From contig MU008190.1 in the NCBI GenBank assembly GCA_010909165.1, positions 186,001 to 250,000 on the forward strand: a DNA stretch of 64,000 nucleotides. The letters run 5' to 3'. This document shows positions 60,500 through 64,000 of the stretch, piece after piece (position 1 is the stretch's first letter; each line of letters opens with the position of its first letter). The translations under genes and the position numbers were made by a program. This stretch comes from Anthoceros angustus. Its lineage: Eukaryota > Plantae > Anthocerotophyta. The notes under the pieces were generated by a model. That model had not been told where the DNA came from and ran no database searches. It worked only from the letters and a program-made list of their open reading frames with translations.

Positions 60500-63070
60500 G
60501 GGCTCGATCAGCGTGATCGAAGCGGAGGAGGAGGAGGAGGAGGAGAAGGAGGAGGGGAGCAGAAGGATGGACACCAATCACGTGCTTGTTTTGGGGGGTG
60601 ATTAAAAAACAGGAAGGTTGGGGTTTGGTTGGCGCGTGGTTGGCGAGAATCTAGCCAAAACCGTAGCAGTGTACAGGGCAGGAACGGAGAGGAGGTGCAG
60701 CAGCAGAGAGAGCTGCAGAAGGCGCAGAAGGCGCAGAAGAGCAGAGCAGAGCAGAGCAGGAGAGTGGCAGGCCAGTCATAAAGGGGTCCCGGGACCGACA
60801 CAGCCAACGGGACAGGCCTAGGGTGTGTACCGAAAAGGACCACACGCTGGTGGAGAGGAAGCAGTGAATGATGGATGCCGTGGCTTTGGCTCGCTTGCTT
60901 TTTTGCTTTCCTGCCTTTTTCTCCTTCCAGATTTGTCGGCATTGCTTCAAGTTGCAGAGAGTTGGGTCGGGTTGAGAAGTTGGGGGCGAGCGGCATTGGA
61001 GGGCGATTGTGGAGGGGGAAGCGTTGTCACACACGATGCGCATTGCAAATTGCAATTGGGCAGCACAAGTCGGAGGAGAGGGTGGTCGGTTGGGGTTGCG
61101 TGGTGAGGCTAGGTGCCGTTCTCGAGGCTGGAGGCTGGAGGCTGGAACCTGACGAAACCTGGATGCTGGGCCGCAGATCGCTCGCGCGACCAACATTCTG
61201 GCTGGCTGGGGCTTCGCTGCCTGGCCTGCCCAGAGCCCAGAGCCCAGAGCCCGGAGCCCAGAGCCGGCTGCCGGGCCTGGCGAGCGAGAGGCCGTGGGCA
61301 GGAATAATAACGGAACGGGCATGGATAACGGAACGGCGAGCCGGGGCACGGGGCGCGGGGCGCGGGGCCCGGGGCCCGGGATCCGGGGCCGAGGCTGAAT
61401 GAGGGAATGAGGCTGGCCATATCCTGTTGCCAGGACGACGGCGCATGATGAGCGTGTAATTTGATGTGGGCTGTGTGCTGGTGGGCCCCGGACCCTGATT
61501 TCCAAGCGCGTGGGTTTCTATTCTGGCTCACGCCACGGTGCGCAATGATTTTTTAAGTCCCTTGGCGGGCCACAAAATGCAGAAAATGAAAAGCGAGGGC
61601 AAAAGGCAAGGCTGCACGGCTGCACCCGAACCTCCCTGCGTCGTGCCCCACCGCCAGGCGAGCTTTCCTCGCCTCCCGCCTCCCGCCTCGGCTCCCCTTC
61701 CCTTCTCCTTTCTGCTTTCTCCATGCTCCATTCTCCACTCTCCTTTCTCCACTCTCCTTTCTCCTTTCTCCTTTCTCCAGTCTCCATTTTCCATGATCAT
61801 GAGCGCGCGCGACCAAGATTTGTGCGCTTTTGCTCTCCACCCAATGACCCACATGCATACATATATATACATATGTACATACATGCATCTGCAGGCTGCA
61901 GGCTGCAGGCCCCAGGCCCCAGGCCCCAGCCCCCAGGCTCCAGCCTCCAGGCCAGTATGTGCAACCGCAAGTACATCCCACATAATAACATGGGCATGAC
62001 ACGAGCGGTGGTGGTGGTGGTGGTGGTGGTAGTCGTGGTGGTGGTGGTGGTGGTGCTATGTGCATGGGGCCAGGAGGTATGGAGGGCGAAATGATGATGC
62101 ATGGCACAATGATGACGGCCCCTCCTGGTAGGCTGGTACCCTGGTCTCTGGTATCTGGTATGCGCGCGCGGAAAGGGTAACAAACCGGTCGGTTAAGTCT
62201 GTTCCGCCGGGCCATCAGCCATCAGCGCTTCATCATGAGGGCGCGCGGGGGCCGGGGGCCAGGGAGACCGAGACGAGCGGTCAATGCAAGCAAGGCCACA
62301 TCTTGGGCTCAGGCTCAGGCCGAGCGGCCTTTGGCTTTCCCTCCAGCCTGCCAAGCCAAGGCACTCGTGCGAACGCGGGCTTCGCTTGGCTCGCATTTGT
62401 CGCACGCTGTCTTTCCCCCTTCCCTCCCCGCTCCCCGCTCCCGCTCCCGGTTCCGGTTCCGGTTCCGGTCCCCCGTCAACATCGCCCACCTACCGCCGCG
62501 TTTAACTTTATCCGCGTCTTAACTTCCCCCCTTAATGCCGCGCCATGGATGCATGTATGTACATCCGTGTACCGGACACGCGACACGCTCCGCGCATACC
62601 CATCATCATCATGACATGACATGGCATGGCATGGCATCGCGTCGCATTGCATTCAAGGGACTGCATCGGCACACGCCATGCCCATGTCCATTTTGCACAG
62701 AAGCGAGGAAGCGAGGGAGCCAGGAAGCCAGGAAGCCAGGAAGCGAGGTGCGCGAGCGAGCGGTGGTGTGGGATATGGATCCCTCTAAATCAGCAGGAAG
62801 CAGATGCAAATCGCGAGATGGTGCCCCCCTGCCCCTCATTCCAATCACACTTACACGCCGCGCAAGGGCACTGACGAGACGAGCCTGCTGCGCCTGCGTA
62901 GGCGGTCGGCCTTGGCCTGCATTATGGGCTGCGGCAGTCCGACTAGAGAGACCAGAGCAGCAGCGGGGCCGGGGCCGGAGCCGGAGCCGGGGCGGAGGAG
63001 AGGTCAAGTCGCATTCACTCTACCGCAGTCTGTGCCAACCGGATTGGATGTGGTGGAAGGAGCAGAGCAA

Positions 63071-63101
<31 letters not shown>

Positions 63102-63860
63102 CGCAGGGAGAAGGGGGCCCGGGCCCCTGGCCCCGGCGCCCAGGGCACACCCAGACTGTATGTACCACACAGCGTCCAGAGGCGAGAGCAGAGCAGAGCA
63201 TCCAGCGGTGGCAGGACCGAGTACCGCGACAGCTGCATCCACGGAACGGATCCCGGGCCCCTAAATCTGGAGCTGCCTGCACAAGCGCAATTACCACATC
63301 CTGTACCAGGAATTCAAAAAACTGGGAGCGACCTTGTCTCTGCGACGCAATTACACTTCCCCTCACACTTCCCGTACCAGTACCGACACAAGGCGGGGCT
63401 CAGCTCTGCTCGACTACTCTTGCCTACTGCACTCTACTCTACTGCGCAAAGCCCGAAAACATACATACATACATACATACATCCATACATAGGACCCAAG
63501 AACTGAAGAAATCCACGGCAAGGCATGGCCGACGGCTGCCGCTGCTCGCCCACTGACAGGACAGGCTACAGCCCAGCCAGTAGGAGTACTAGTGGTCAAG
63601 TCCCCTTCACCACACACAACAGGCAGACAGACCAGAAGAACAAAGCAGACAGCAGCACAGAGCAGCAGAGCAGCAGAGCTGCAGAGCAGCAGAGCACGGT
63701 CTTCCAGCTATAAATGTCAGCTCAAGTGTGCGAACCAACATGTGGACCACTGCCGAGGCCTCCCAACCGGCCCGCCTCAGCCCCAGCTCCAGCCCCAGCC
63801 CCAGCCCCGCCTTCGCCCCGCCCCAGCCCCTGGCCGCGGCCCCGGCCCCGCCCTATTTTG
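60500..63860. repeat. Non-coding region rich in GC microsatellites
   Basis: Runs of GGA, AGAGC, GCCCAGA, GGGGCNC, TCTCCTT, CTGCAGG, GTG, GAGCAG, CATA and CCCCAG. Confidence 0.8.
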
Positions 63861-63958
63861 TCTTCTTTTCCCATTTTCGAACTCTCTTCCCTTCTCATTC
63901 TACCGCCTCCGGCTAGGCTACCCTCTGCCCCTGCCTTCCATGCTTTCTTCGTATAGCC

Positions 63959-64000
63959 ATGGCGTCCCAAACGACTCGAGTGCAAACAGGAAATACTAAT
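63959..64000 (+). CDS. Probable start of a gene running off the window (MASQTTRVQTGNTN...)
   Basis: GCCATGG Kozak context after TATA-like CTATAAAT (~63708) and a CT-rich leader; open to the window end. Confidence 0.4.
   Translation, partial: MASQTTRVQTGNTN

Noticed and set aside
61400-61505. miR166-like sequence
   Set aside because: Too many mismatches and no fold-back partner.
60500-63999. Long ORFs of 200-320 aa on both strands
   Set aside because: Produced by GC-rich microsatellites; low-complexity peptides with no domain motifs.

Overview
Eukaryotic land-plant genomic DNA with many short GT-AG introns, PLS-type PPR debris and GC-rich 5-7-mer microsatellites near promoters. A compact seed-free plant genome, most likely a hornwort, is my inference. 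Genes with apparently intact reading frames: an ~18-exon PARP1-like gene, tRNA-Leu(TAG), three GH3 acyl-acid-amido synthetases and GID4/Vid24. One GH3 is a canonical group-II, IAA-type enzyme; the other two are divergent sister paralogues arranged head-to-head. Broken genes: PPR, F-box and receptor-kinase fragments, a PIP1-like aquaporin and a tRNA-Ser-like remnant. The two divergent GH3 genes are separated by a ~23 kb nested transposon island: a hAT element with an 8-bp TSD, LINE relics, and a short-LTR chromodomain Ty3/Gypsy element with a 5-bp TSD that itself carries a CACTA element with a 3-bp TSD. Two MITE-like elements have TATGG..CCATA ends and 6-bp TSDs (IS3EU-like signature). Most notable: (i) a PARP1 paralogue that keeps its ORF but lacks Zn1, has an AT-hook, and carries substitutions at the W318, S904 and Y907 equivalents; (ii) the three-gene GH3 cluster with two remodelled substrate pockets; (iii) the IS3EU-type elements in a plant. 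Indel-rich tandem duplications in the TE island suggest imperfect long-read assembly, so frameshift calls need caution.
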